Assembly (NCBI GenBank): GCA_964016885.1
Contig: OZ024742.1
Location: 45,942,001-46,006,000 of the forward strand
Reading direction: 5' to 3'
Source: Eledone cirrhosa
Lineage: Eukaryota
DNA: 64,000 nt
Each line of letters opens with the position of its first letter. Within the stretch, counting starts at the first letter, position 1. This document shows, piece after piece, positions 12,331 to 24,445 of this stretch. A model generated the notes under the pieces. That model made no database searches and was not told the origin of the DNA. It saw nothing but the letters and a program-made list of their open reading frames with translations. The position numbers and the translations under genes were made by a program.

Positions 12331-12714
12331 CTAACATGGTTAGTGTTATTGCTGTTGACGCAGTTGTTTCAATTCTCATTTGTTGCGCTCATAGTTTTTG
12401 GCAGTAGTATATATACTGGTTGGATGCACCAACACCACTTTATAGCATACACTGGGTGCTTTTATTCGTGCCACCAGCACTAGAGAGGTTGTCTTACTGG
12501 ACTCATGTGCCCTCTCTACCCCTCCATTTTACAGCATGGTCATAGCAATAATAATAATAATAATTTTTTCTACTTTTGGCACAAGGCCAGCAATTACCCA
12601 ATGCATTACTGGTACTTTATTCTATCGACCCCGGAAGGATGAAAGGCAAAGTTAACCTCGGCGGTTATAATAATAATAATAATAACATTATTAATAATTA
12701 TTAATGCAATCGTG

Positions 12715-12980
12715 CAATGCCTGTGCGTGAAGAATATTTTTAAAGACTGTGCACTGAGCCAATCCCACTCTCTGAGCGACAGTAGCTATAACCCGAAAAG
12801 AAGAAAAGATCAACATCATCGGTAACTACTGAGCCGCAGGTTTTATGTCGGAGTTAACCCAGTTTCCTGAGATGCCTTCTCCTAGAAGAATGCCCTGACA
12901 AGGGCTAGGGGACCTTCACTCCCAGTGGTTTAACTGTGCGATCGGGTATCCAGCCTGATTATTTCTATGTCCCCGCGCAT
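12715..12980 (-). mobile_element. Probable 5' UTR fragment of an RTE-type element
   Basis: Minus strand GGGCATTCTTCTAGGAGAAGGCATCTC...AAACCT resembles the conserved RTE 5' UTR motif. Confidence 0.45.
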
Positions 12981-13414
12981 AAAAAAAACAAAAAAAACTC
13001 ACTTATTGACATTCATACGTACGACACACACACACACACAAACACACTCACTCACACACCAACACTCATGCATACAAACACACACACGCCATTCACTTAC
13101 ACACACACACACATCCACATACAGATATTACCATCATTACTGATACAAGATCATGTCAAATGTTGACTTTCGAAAGAGTTTGTATAATTGAAGCCATGTG
13201 TTACTATTCAGTATTATTATAATAATTGCTTTACAGCATAGAGCTACGGCTCTCCACGCTCCAAGTTCAAATCCCGCCGAGGCTAACCTTGCCCCTCATC
13301 CCCACGGAGTCGACAAAACAAAGCACCAGCAAGCGCTAGGACAATCGCTGGCCCCGTGCCCCAAAAGCAGAAAAATTATTATTATAGTTGTTGTTTTCTC
13401 AAGGCCCGATCGCT

Positions 13415-13520
13415 GGTGATGGTGATGGTGATAGTGGTGATGGTGGTAGTGGTGGATGGTGATGGTGGTAGTGGTGAAGGTGGTAGTAATGGTGGTGGCA
13501 GTTGATGTTGTTGTTGTTTC
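13415..13520. repeat. (GGT/GAT)n microsatellite
   Basis: Direct reading. Confidence 0.9.
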
Positions 13521-14289
13521 TTTGTTTTTTTATCGTTTGATGCCGCAGTTGTAAATGTTGGGGTAGTTCTTCTTGATGTTGGTGTTCATTTCATTCTGAT
13601 GCTGTTGTTGCTGTAGACATTGGTGCCGGGGTTGTTGTAGACGTTGGGTTGAAATTCGGTCATTTTGACTGAGTGTTATATATATATATATACACATACA
13701 CACATATATATATATATATACACACACACACATTCAACATAGAGTAGAGAGTTTGGCAACAGGTCAGTGACTTTAGTCTAGATAGTAATGACTTGTGTAA
13801 ATGTAAATGTGGTGGTAGGGAGAGAGTGTAGACGTTATTGTGGTGGCGGGGGCAGTGAGATGTATCTAGTTCATTTGTCCGTTTTCCTCGTTTTTCAAAA
13901 TTTTAATTTTTAGCCATGTTGCATGCCATGGTGCAAGTAAATGTAAAATATAAATAAAGATTGCTCTGGGAAAATATATGAAAATATTTGTGTAACTTCC
14001 ACAACTTCTGTCAAGATATTTCCCGAGTCTAGTGAGCAAAAATTTTGTTGTATTTTGATGTTTCAGAATACAAAAATTAATCAAAATTTACCCCCACGAA
14101 AAGACAGCATGTGTTGTCCGATCTATAAGGTTCCTTATCTATCTCTCTCTCTCTATATATATATATATACAAACATACACACATACATACATTCATGAAT
14201 ACACGATGGCTACAAACTCTGCTAAGAGTATTGCAATCGCTTGTCAGATTCAGATGTGTGTCGCTCGTATATGGCTTTTCAAGACTTGC

Positions 14290-14580
14290 ACTCCTTCGTA
14301 CATTGACGACATGTGTTACCTACAAATTGCATATCCAAAGACTGGAACGATTTCACCACCACTGTCTCAGAAAGATGCTCGGTATCAGGTGTTAGATGCA
14401 TGTGAGTGATGTTGAGATCCTTGAGAGAAGTGAATGTCGCAGCATTGAGAGTATCATCCACCGACAACGTTTGCGATGGACCGGACACCTCTGTAGAATG
14501 GAGGATGATAGAATCCCGAAACAACTGTTGTATGGCGAGCTTTGTAAAGGTAAGAGACCACCTCACAAACCAAAGCTCCG
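14290..14580 (+). mobile_element. RTE (BovB-like) LINE C-terminal fragment
   Basis: RLERFHHHCLRKMLGI...RLRWTGHLCRMEDDRIPKQLLYGEL. Confidence 0.85.
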
Positions 14581-15060
14581 GGTTGCTATTGATCCGATTT
14601 CACAGAGGAGGTCAGCTGTCTGGGGTCTGAGGACACCTGTCTTGACGGCAACCGGTGCAAAGAGAAAGTGGCTGGACAAGCTCAAGTATTTGCGTGTCTT
14701 CCTGTCCTCTGCATTGCAAGCTGTAGTACCAGGGTTTGTGGCTAAGGTGACTAAATTTTCAAATTATAATGTTAATAAAGATCTAGTTTATATAAATATG
14801 TTTATAAAGTCAATTGAGTAAATCATGTGTTGTAGAAAATGTATAATCACACATGGTATTTATATATTAAACTTCTTTCTTCAAGTGTCACACTGGTTAG
14901 AGTGAATAATATTGTGATGAAGAAGAAGAAAAATAAATATTCAAAATGGTAAAATATGAGGCACTATATATTGGTTTTTCATTCAGTTTAAATGTCTAAT
15001 ATTTTAAACTGCATGAAAATAAAGTTCCATATGAAAAAGAGATTTTGTTGGTTCCTATAG

Positions 15061-15333
15061 TAATAGAGATGTCTAACTTATAATATCTGCTGAGGTGGTA
15101 ATGGTTTGTGATTGTCATTGGTTCTTCACAAAAATGCAGGACAAATTTTGGGGGCAAAGCCAACTAGGAAGAGATTCAGGGTTAGACCACAAATATGATG
15201 GTTGGATATAATCCATAATCTGAGTTGGTTTCACTTGGGGATCCAACTGGATCATTTGGTGACAGTTGCTTCTGATAAGGCTCTCAGAAAGGGGAATCTG
15301 AGGATTGTGTCTCCACAACCCCTTCAAGAATAA
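15061..15333 (+). other. Possible 5' non-coding exon of a host gene
   Basis: ttcctatAG acceptor and GTAAGT donor; higher GC than the flanks; stops in all frames. Confidence 0.3.
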
Positions 15334-15547
15334 GTAAGTGTAATTAAAGAAGAAGAAAGATTTGCTACAATATAAAACAATATAATATTTTCAACTTCTC
15401 AGATTTGGTGTCAATAATTTTACTTACTACAAAGTAGTAAAGTACACCATGAACAATGTTTGAAAATGTTATAACTGTCACTATTCCTTATGATAAACTT
15501 TTACAGAATACTTATTAAAATGCTTAAAATTAACATTTGCCTGTATC

Positions 15548-15860
15548 TTTTTAAAGTTAATGTTAGCTTGTATTATGTTTAAAGTTAATGTGTGTATGCA
15601 TTATATTTAAAGTTAATCTGTGTAAGTATTACGTTTAAAGTTAATGTATGTATGCATTATATGGCCTTGTGTCAAAAGTAGAAACAATTATATTTAAAGT
15701 TAATATGTGTAAGTATTATGTTTAAAGTTAATGTTACTGTGTATTATTTTTAAAGTTAATGTGTGTATGTAATGTTTTTAAAGTTAATATTTGTGTGTAA
15801 TGTTTAAAGTTTTATATTTGCATTAAATGTTTTTTAATTTAATGTGTATATGTATTAAAA
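15548..15860. repeat. ~28-bp AT-rich minisatellite (TTTAAAGTTAATGTGTGTATGCATTATG)
   Basis: About 10 degenerate units. Confidence 0.8.
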
Positions 15861-15899
15861 AAATAGATAAACTTATATTTCCATTTTTCCTTTTCCCAG

Positions 15900-16015
15900 A
15901 TTTGGTGTCAAAGCAGGAAAAAACAACCAAGCTTCATGTCACAAGTATTAAAATCTGAGTTTGTTCCAAATAGGACATATAATCGTAATACCATCACTGT
16001 AAATCCAGACTGTAG
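15900..16015 (+). CDS. Probable host-gene exon containing the start codon (ATG 15936): MSQVLKSEFVPNRTYNRNTITVNPDC; product unknown
   Basis: Long pyrimidine tract plus cAG acceptor, AG|GTAAGA donor, frame open throughout, not similar to the repeats in this window. Confidence 0.5.
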
Positions 16016-16929
16016 GTAAGAAATATTTTTAGATTTCATAAATATATTTTTTATTTTCTCTTATATTAAAAGAGGTAGAAAATTCGCAGAGTTGTTGGTA
16101 TCAAGTTAAATAGCTTGGTATTTGTTCCTACCTACTGTGTTCTGTGCTCAAATCTTACTGAGGTCAACTTTGCCTTTCATCCTTTCAAGGTCAATAAATA
16201 AAGTACCAGTCATGTACTGGGGATGAATCTTCCTCTATCTCTGTTTCTCATTTTCTCTGTCTTTTTGTTTGAAAGAAATCAACTGCCCCAAGTGTATCAG
16301 GGTGGCCTCCTTTGACTCACTAACAGTTAAGGGACCTTTTTATTCCTTTCTTTTTTTCTCTATTGATAATTACAATAAATTACAATAAATAATTACTTTG
16401 TGTTTTAAAAAAAATATCCTTATTATTATCCTTATTACTGCAAAGAATCGTTAGAGTGTTTGACAAATTCCTTTGTGGCATTTAGTTATTACCATTTACA
16501 TTCTGAATTCAAATCCCACCAAGGTCAACTTTCATCTTTCTGGGGCCGATAACATAAAATGTACTGAGTCAATATAGTCGATTTCCCCTCACCCAAAATG
16601 TCTGGCCTTCTAGCCAATGCTAGAAAGAATTATTATTGCTTTGTTAAAATCATTTATCAACTTCATATTAAACAGATTAGTTTTGAAGAGAGGTGTGATT
16701 AGTTTAAAATGTCACTCAGCAATCAGTCGATGGATATTATCAGACATACAACTATGGGGCAATTAATTTTTACAGAGCAAATATGAAACATTATTTAGTT
16801 TTTATTGTCTTTTTATTTTTGTCATCTAGTAAACAAACAAAGAAACCATTATGTAATAAATATCACATTCATCACTACATAAAATAATAATACTAATAAT
16901 GAAAATATAAGATAGAAATAACTGTGGAA

Positions 16930-17190
16930 AATGTAAACAGAAACAATACCTATAATAATAGGTGCTCTGGGAATGATAAAAACACACAGACAAATATATA
17001 ACCAAAACCCCAGGACTTACAAATATATACAGCATACTAAAGATAGCACTACTAGGCACTGTACACATATTACGAAAAGTACTATCAATACAATAGAAAC
17101 AACATCAGCAAAAACTACACTGCTCATAACCAAGGTGGACAGAGCTGTGCTCAGTAAAGCAGTAATGATGCGCAATAAAAAATAATAAAA
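16930..17190 (+). mobile_element. R4/Dong-like (RLE) non-LTR element, 3' fragment
   Basis: PIIIGALGMIK...KIALLGTVHILRKVL, followed by an AT-rich tail. Confidence 0.6.
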
Positions 17191-17195
17191 ATAAA

Positions 17196-17653
17196 AATGG
17201 TTTCTACTTTTTGGCACAAGGCCAGCAATTATCTCAGTGCATTACTGGTGCTTTATTTTATTGCCTCCATAGGGATGAAAGGCAAAGGGTGGGTTTTTAG
17301 CTCACACCGTAAAGGGCCGTAACTCTATGCTGCAAAGCATGGCGTCTGACCCTCTACTGATATGGCTAATCCAATCTAAACTATAATAAAGTAAGGAGCA
17401 CGAGACTGCGTACGGTTTATAATTTTTTATCCAATTAGTAAAATAAGTTGGATTACTTTGAATAAATAATTGTTTCTACTTTTGGCACAAAGCCAGAAAT
17501 TATCCCAGTGTATTACTGGTACTTTATTTTATCGACCCCGTAAGGATGAAAGGCAAAGTTAACCTCAGCGGGATTTGAACTCAGATCGTAAAGGGACGTA
17601 ACTACGCTGGAAAGCATGTCTGACCCTCTACCAATATTGCCAATTCACCGCCC
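17196..17653 (-). mobile_element. Two copies of the abundant tRNA-derived SINE with (ATT)n tail
   Basis: GTTCAAATCCC B-box, TTTGCCTTTCATCC...GTCGATAAAATAAAGTACCAG core, CCTTGTGCCAAAAGTAGAAAC tail. Confidence 0.85.
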
Positions 17654-17974
17654 TTTGATAAATTAAATAATGAATGAATATTACATAATTTATCTACTAA
17701 ATTTTGTGGCTGTTCATTAAATATATTTTATTACTTATTTAAAGATTCACTTCTTTGAAATGTTCAAATGTTCAAATGTTCAAATGTCATATATTTCTAT
17801 CACTAATTTTCTCCCAATATGGTATTTAGTAACTTTTGTATTTTAAAAAATTTTTTTTTATTTTTTTATTTTGATGGAAGATAATATTAGAGAAAAGCAA
17901 TGAAGAATGACATGATGTTGAATGAAAATTCAGTTTATACATAATATCGTCTTTTTTTAATGTATCATGGATTA

Positions 17975-18222
17975 CGGAGGTTTACCACCGAGGAATGGGA
18001 AGATGGTCATGCCATCTGGCCTTTTTCTATCCCCTCGGTCCAGTCCCACCGGCTCGAGCTGGGAAGGGAAGCCTGCAGCGTCCAAGCCATGCTTTATGAC
18101 CTCATTGAGGGCAGCATGGCGTGGAAGGTGGCCGGCACTTTGGTGACAGGAAAGCAGGTGGAGGCCGAAAGGGTCCACGGTGGATCCGCAGCGACACATT
18201 GGTGTGGCTCGCAGATGGAGAA
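17975..18222 (-). mobile_element. CRE-like non-LTR retrotransposon fragment (zinc knuckle + restriction-like endonuclease)
   Basis: CRCGSTVDPFGLHLLSC...RHAALNEVI...LEPVGLDRGDRKRPDGMT. Confidence 0.8.
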
Positions 18223-18266
18223 ATAAAAGTCTAATGACTCCATTAAAAAAAAAAAAAGAGAGAGTC

Positions 18267-18407
18267 TTCGTTCAATTTCTGTGTATATTGTCAATTACGA
18301 TTTTATTTGATGTATCATATCTACATGCATATATACTTGCGTATAATATCAATATACACACTACACATGCTAGAAGAAAACCACCCAAACGGTGGTTTTT
18401 CTGCTAG
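18267..18407 (+). mobile_element. Helitron-type 3' terminus
   Basis: Hairpin AAAACCACC-caaac-GGTGGTTTT followed by CTAG|T; second copy inverted at 51884-52024. Confidence 0.6.
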
Positions 18408-18424
18408 TGTCAATAATAAAAATA

Positions 18425-18780
18425 ATAATTGTTTCTACTTTTGGCACAAGGCCAGCAATTATCCCAGTGTATTACTGGTACTTTATTTTATTGACCACGT
18501 AAGGATGAAAGGCAAAGTTAACCTCGGCGGCATTTGAACTCAGATCATAAAGGGAGATAACTCTATGCTTCAAAGCATGGCGTCCGATCCTCTACCGATA
18601 CTGCCAATAATAATTGTTTCTTCTTTTTGGCACAAGGCCAGCAATTACCCAGTGCATTACTGGTACTTTATTTTATCGACCCCGTAAGGATGAAAGGCAA
18701 AGTTAACCTTGACGGGATTTGAACTCAGAATGGCAAGGGTCGTAACTCTATGCATCAAAGCATGGCGTCCGCTGCCAATA
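18425..18780 (-). mobile_element. Two tandem (ATT)n-tailed SINEs
   Basis: Same family as 21308-21497. Confidence 0.85.
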
Positions 18781-18879
18781 ATAATAATAGAGAGATAGGT
18801 TGATGGAGATAGCCTAACAGTTCAGAAAGAGAGGATAATGGGAGCGAGAGGGGCCATGCCACCACCACCACATGGGGGT

Positions 18880-19190
18880 AGAAAGAAAAAATAGTACATA
18901 ATGGAATTATAAAAAAGAGTACTGAAAAATATTTGGACCAGATACCTGGAAAGTCATCTCTGCAACAGATACAGAAAATAGTGCTGAGCAGCACAGTCCA
19001 TGTCATGAGAAGGTCATTAAGAATTTAAAAACCTTGCAAAGACATTTACTGTTGTTTGTGCCCTTGTGGCATCATTTGTATGACAATTGATTTTAAAATG
19101 TGTATATTATCAAATTTTGCCTCAGGTGTGAGGTTGACACTCGACATGATTTGAGAATTCAAAGGAAGTTTCAAATAATAATAACAATAG
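18880..19190 (+). mobile_element. R4/Dong-like 3' fragment
   Basis: GIIKKSTEKYLDQIPGKSSLQQIQKIVLSSTVHVMRRSL plus a (TAA)n tail. Confidence 0.55.
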
Positions 19191-20952
19191 TGAGTTAGGA
19201 CTGATTCTCACTGTTACTATTTATTATAGCACTGATACCTACAACACTCACAATCAGAATAATAAAAATGGGTTTCCAATGTGGAAAGCAAGGACCATTC
19301 ATAAACCACCTTCTGTTTATGGATAGTCTGAAAACCAAATAGACTCATGATACCTTTGACACAACTGAGGGTTCTCCCAACCCTTTGTTTGGCAAGTTTT
19401 GTATTGGATGCGTTTATTGTGTAAATCACCAACACTGGGGAGGCTGTCATGACCATGACACAACTGAAGTGTCCTCCCGACCCTTTAATAATAAAAATAA
19501 TAATATTGTCAGAGTGTGGGTTGAAATATCTCTCTATGACTGGGCTGCTGCTGAACTGAAAACAAGATCAACATCTCAAAGTGGAAGTGAAATTTACATA
19601 ATCCCAGTATTAACTGCATTTGATCAACAAGGCAAATTGGTCAGTGATACGACATTGGAAACGTACACCGGACAAGTATAGACATTGAGAGGGAGAGACA
19701 GTGGACAAAGGAACAGCTTTGCTGAGGCTAACTATGAATATGGAAAAAAAATAATGATCACAAGATTGCCTCCATCGATGCCCACTTAACTAATTCATTA
19801 ATCCAGTGTTTGTAATCTTTGTGTGCAGGGAACAACGCATTCTGCACCCTGAGTTCAAATCCGGCCAAGGTCATCCTTTTGAGGTCGATAAAAATGTACC
19901 AGTTCAATACTGGAGTTGTTTCTTCTCTCTTCCTTTCTGTCACTCTTTCCTTCCTCATCTCTCTCTCTCACACACTTTTTCTCTTTCCTTTTCTGGAAGA
20001 AATCAGCTGTTCTGACCTGGAGAAGGGATGGAATCTGTCAGGATTAAAAAATGCCCAAGCCACCATGTCATTACAGCACCCTTACGACTTCATCAGGAGT
20101 TACGGGGTTACATATACATACACCTTATAGCTCAACAAAGCAAACAAGGGAGTTTGTATACAGTTGCTTTAACTATTGTCCTTGTTGTGTCTCATTTCAC
20201 TGGACCTACACTAAATATTCATCCAAGTTCTGTCTTACCAGAACTATAACCTAGGCTATATTAAGACATTTGGAAGCCCTAAGCACCAAAAACATTGCGA
20301 AGTGCCCTTTTTATGAGTCCTGGTTCAGCTGTAACTTTCTATCAAGGTTCATTGTAAATTGGGACTGAAAAAAAAAATCTATGCAACCCCTTTTTATCAG
20401 AAACCCGAAGCACATGCTTATCTCGTTTAATGGTTGATGCAGGACTGACCTTAACCCTCTAGCAATCCCTCCATGTTTTTCCTGGAGCCATTGACCTAAA
20501 CAATTTATAATCCAAGTTTCTTATTGTCTGTTTCAAAGATAATTAGAGGCAATGTTACAGGACAGAACTAATTGGAAATTGATATTTAGTTTCAAATCTC
20601 AGCTATGAAGCTAAAACTTTAAAATTGCTATCACATTTCTACCAAGAAAATATATTTCTACATTTTATCAACCAATATTGAGTGCTAATTATTTCTGCAT
20701 TTTATCAACTAATATTGACTGCTCATTATTTCTACATTTTATCAACCAATATTGAGTGCTCATTCACTTAATGTTTGAATGTTTTAAATACTATGGTATT
20801 TGAAACATATTACAATTGTATAAATAACATTACAAATGCGTAAATAACATTATAAATTTAAGAAGACTCAGATTCTAATATATAGTTTGATCAACTTATA
20901 TAGAATATGTTCATGACACTGTATGTGGTGTAGAGAAAATAATTCTGTTATT

Positions 20953-21187
20953 TTAACCCTTTTGATAACAAATCACCCAAAATGGTCCCTGGTTCTATGA
21001 AAGAAAACCATTTTAATGGGTTCCTATTTAAATTAAAACCTTTCAACATAATTTATATAAGAACCATTTGTTACAAATACTATCTTGATAATGAAAAAAT
21101 TAATAGATTAGTAAATCCTTTAAAATTGTTTACTGATTAATCGAAATACAGTATACCGTATTAGAAATATGGCAATGAAAGGGTTAA
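20953..21187. mobile_element. TTAA-flanked (piggyBac-like) MITE, family 2
   Basis: TTAA|CCCTTT ... AAAGGG|TTAA ends; related pieces near 24610-24860, 25905 and 55110-55235. Confidence 0.6.
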
Positions 21188-21307
21188 TGTCCGAATATAA
21201 AATGAGATTAGTTATGAGGATTTTACCTGTAATTTCTAAATTACCAAACCTGGTAGTTATTGGTGGTATTTTGAACTAGGAGTGGTAATGATATATGAGT
21301 GCAGAGT

Positions 21308-21497
21308 CGGTGGATTGGCAGTATGGGTAGAGGGTCGGACGCCATGCTTTGACGTATAGAGTTACGGCCCTTACCATTCTGAGTTCAAATCCCGCTGAGG
21401 TTAATTTTGCCTTTCATCCTTACGGGGTCGATAAAATAAAGTACCAGTAATGCACTGGGTATTTACTGGCCTTGTGCCAAAAGTAGAAACAATTATA
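21308..21497 (+). mobile_element. Full-length tRNA-derived SINE with (ATT)n tail (representative; roughly 30 full or partial copies in the window)
   Basis: A-box TGGCAGTATGGG, B-box GTTCAAATC, conserved core and tail. Confidence 0.9.
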
Positions 21498-21730
21498 ATA
21501 TCATGTTATCATAGAAACACATTTTATTATACTGTCATTAGGTGCAAACTACAAAAATAAATAAACAACTTAGTTTAGTCAGCCAGTCACTCGGTCAAAT
21601 TGTTAGTGACCAACATATTACTAAGTCAATACTGCTCGTAGCCATCCTGTTCTGTCTATCTGTCTGTCAACCAGCCAGTCGGTTGTTCAGTCAGTTAGTC
21701 AACCAGTCAGCTATCTTGTATCTATCTATC

Positions 21731-22247
21731 AAGAAACAAGCAGAGGCGGTGTTTCTGTGCGTAATAGCCATGGCGAAAGAGGTTGTATGGTGGACGCGTC
21801 TGAAAGGACTGAGGTCAGGCACCTTTCTCTCTGGCCAACAACTGGTCCGTTTCTTCCGTTATCATTTCGGAAGAAGGATCAGGATGGAGAGAGAGGTGCT
21901 GCACCCCAGCCGTTTCTATGAAAGATGGGTGAAAGTGGCGAGAATGGCCCGTGTGAATGGGCCTTCACTCTACATCAGACTATAGGTGAGGAAGATGAAA
22001 GACCAAGGGAGCACCCCTTCTCTGTGCTCCTGAGGAGAAGGGTTGCACACTTTTTTCGGGGGTGTGTGCGACCCCCCAAGGCGCCTCCTCTCTATTGAGG
22101 ATTTTGTTAAAAATCTTATTTTTTGTTATATCTTATTTTATTTTTATATTTTGTTATTGCCTCCTCCTTATTGAGGACGCCTTTTTGTGTAAACTCCCCC
22201 TTTGTACTTGTCCCACTTTTGATGCCCTAGTGGCAAATAAAAGAAAC
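21731..22247 (+). mobile_element. Tx1/L1-clade LINE 3' fragment with a perfect 20-bp TSD
   Basis: AMAKEVVWWTRLKG...ERWVKVARM matches the ORF ends at 44054 and 45868; TSD CTATCTTGTATCTATCTATC at 21711-21730 and 22248-22267. Confidence 0.9.
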
Positions 22248-23041
22248 CTATCTTGTATCTATCTATCTGTCAGCCATGCTGCAGTTCTGTTTGACTGTTA
22301 GTCGGCTAGCCATCCTCTAATCAGCCAAACCACCCTACTGTTCCCATCTGTCAACTAGTTAGCCAGCCAACTAATCTGTCGTCTTGTCAGTGGACCAAAC
22401 ATCTAGCCAACCAAACTGCCGTCCTGCCTGTCAACCAGCCACCTTGTCATACAGCCAACCTACCGTCGTGTCAGTCAGTCGAAATATTAGTTTGAATTAG
22501 ATCTATCTCTATCATAACACCATCACTATATGTAACGTGCGTGTTTATAACAAAACTATAGTAAATATAAACACAGTAAACCTTTTTTTATATGAATTTA
22601 CTTGAAAGTGGAATAACAAAAGAAAATTTAGTGCAAATATATATATGTAAGGATCCTTAAAGATTACATAGGAAGTATGTGTGTTGTGGAGAAGTTTTCG
22701 GTTGTTATTGAAGCTGGTTCTTCATTTACCTGTGAACTACAAATATTATTATATCATGTTACACTCTGATAGACAGACAACCTTAGTCCAGTGGTTTTGT
22801 TATGGCATATAATAAACATTTATTTAACTTAACTGGTGATAAAAACCGAAAGGATTAAGGGAAAAAATCTTTTATTGAAGGAAACCGAAAAAAAAGCGTG
22901 AAAATTTCATAAACCCTACATTTAGATACATATTTTTTTAAAGGGGTGAGTACAAATGTTTATTATTAGTACAAATGTTTACAAATATTACATCTACTGT
23001 GATGAAGTGTTTAAATCAAATTTCCCTTCTTTTTTCTGGAG

Positions 23042-23180
23042 TTATCCTGATGATTTCCTTCGAACAAAACAGTTCTTGTCCTGTAGAAGCCATTTCTATA
23101 TTGAATTTTGTTGTATACAATCTAATGTATTGAGTACCTTATTTACTGTGGTTACCCCCAACTGAACCCGGGACTCACAA
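23042..23180 (+). mobile_element. Penelope pseudo-LTR-like segment with a decayed type I hammerhead core
   Basis: CTGATGA...cAAAACAG-ttcttgtc-CTGTA-gaag; homologous to 57520-57660. Confidence 0.5.
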
Positions 23181-23994
23181 ACACACACATATATTATTAA
23201 AGTGATATTAATTACCTTTATGACAATTTAGTTTAAACCATAAACCAATTTTGTAATTATCATTTTATAAATGGATTCTTTACAAAGTGTAGAAAATGTT
23301 AAACATTAAGAATATTTATTTCAGTTTTTCTTCTGATACAAAGAAACCATAACTATCAATAATTATATTCATATACAATATCTGTTTACATATTGAGTAT
23401 TTTGCTTTTAAATGTCTTAGATAATAATTGTTTCTACTTTTGGCACAAGGCCAGCAATTATCCAGTACATTACTGGTACTTTATTTTATCGACCCCGTAA
23501 GGATGAAAGGCAAAGTTAACCTCGGTGGGATTTATAATAATAGCAAGGTAACACAGACCTGCCAACCTAAAAAAACAGAAACGAGGAGTACCATGAAAAA
23601 AAGTGTCCCAAAACGGGGAGAAATGAGGCAAAATGGGGAGATTTTACATAATGAAAGCTATACCCATTTTCACAAGAGAAGATATCTCTCACCCATCCCA
23701 AAGGATGAGGAGAGTTGACAAGTCTGGGAATATATAACTTCATCGTGAAGTAATTCTAAGTTAACCGTAAAATTTTATTTACATAATTGTTTCGTATATT
23801 ATACAAGAAGAAAGGAAAACATTACCTAATGAAAATAAGAAGACAGAAGGGTAGAGTAGACTCTACATGCTTGTCTAGGTGGTGTATCTCAGTTGTACCC
23901 CGCGGACAGAATGGCAGAAGCTAGTAACACACGCTGTATCAGCCACTTCACCTTACAGGCTCCTCCATGCAGAGGTCTCGATAGTGATCGTGGA

Positions 23995-24132
23995 CAGCAG
24001 AGGTCTTGACAGTGACTGAGGACAGCAGAGGTTTTGGGGTGGGACCGAGGACACCAGAGGTCTTGACAGTGACCGAGGACACCAGAGGTCTTGGGGTGGG
24101 ACTGAGGACACCAGAAAACTTGGCAGTGACGG
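23995..24132. repeat. GC-rich tandem repeat, alternating 28/29-bp subunits (57-bp period)
   Basis: AGAGGTCTTGACAGTGACYGAGGACACC alternating with AGAGGTYTTGGGGTGGGACYGAGGACACC. Confidence 0.85.
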
Positions 24133-24349
24133 CGGGTACCAGGAGGCTAGATAATAACTGACACAAGTAAGGAGCGGTCTGTCAAATCTCACTTAAAGTT
24201 TGGTTAAATGAATTTATTCTACAATTTGATACATTGCTGTAATTAGCAGTACAATTGACAATTAGTTATGTGCATATATATATATATATATATGAAAAGA
24301 GTCAGGCTGAGCTCTGGCCATTTCGACAGCTAGATCCGATCCTAAAGAA

Positions 24350-24445
24350 GCCAAAGCAGCCGTAAGAAGTGGTTGGATAATAGAAGTGTAGTAGTTCTCA
24401 ATGTTGAACTGGATGAAAGTGGTATTCTGTTTATCCTTGATATAT
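24350..24445 (-). mobile_element. Penelope-like retroelement RT fragment within (TA)n
   Basis: IKDKQNTTFIQFNIENYYTSIIQPLLTAAL resembles the PLE RT motif F-x-x-FDI-x-x-FYPSI...LL-x-x-AL. Confidence 0.6.
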
